This document shows positions 63,951 through 64,000 of a stretch of DNA of 64,000 nt, one piece after another. The notes under the pieces are model-generated. The model saw nothing but the letters and a program-made list of their open reading frames with translations, made no database searches and was not told the origin of the DNA. The translations under genes and the position numbers were made by a program. Positions within the stretch are counted from its first letter, which is position 1; the number at the start of each line of letters is the position of its first letter. Source of the stretch: Torpedo marmorata (taxonomy: Eukaryota); the NCBI GenBank assembly GCA_977017645.1, contig OZ360222.1:85436001-85500000 (forward strand), given 5' to 3'.

Positions 63951-64000
63951 ATAATGTTTGATGATGATAGTGAGTTTATTGTCATACACATTGTGCATAT

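Overview
Eukaryotic vertebrate DNA, very likely from a cartilaginous fish (inferred from the repeat repertoire of V-SINEs, CR1, Penelope-derived foldbacks, Rex1/Babar and fish-type L1, plus PROX1 divergence). The window holds most of PROX1 on the minus strand. It has a CpG/CCAAT promoter and putative non-coding exon 1 (~55.0-54.8 kb), exon 2 (50216-48437, ATG at 50149), exon 3 (38253-38146) and exon 4 (28469-28275). I did not find the last coding exon, so it probably lies left of position 1. The intron between exons 2 and 3 is a 10.2-kb U12-type AT-AC intron. The >28-kb intron after exon 4 is dense in transposon remnants: a decayed Gmr1-like Gypsy LTR element, nested L1s, CR1, Rex1, Penelope and its foldback derivatives, V-SINEs and TA-flanked MITEs. 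The most unusual signals are: (i) a circularly permuted 314-bp L1 fragment bounded by an 8-bp direct repeat; (ii) minimal hammerhead-ribozyme-like folds in Penelope-derived elements, one intact on the PROX1 sense strand, plus a ~920-bp foldback hairpin; (iii) in-frame alternative splice sites around the AT-AC intron, reminiscent of the prospero twintron; (iv) a strong-Kozak 3-codon uORF; (v) an NFAT/FOX/GATA/ETS/SOX motif cluster ~7.5 kb upstream. No prokaryotic systems, CRISPR arrays, rRNA or true tRNA genes were seen.
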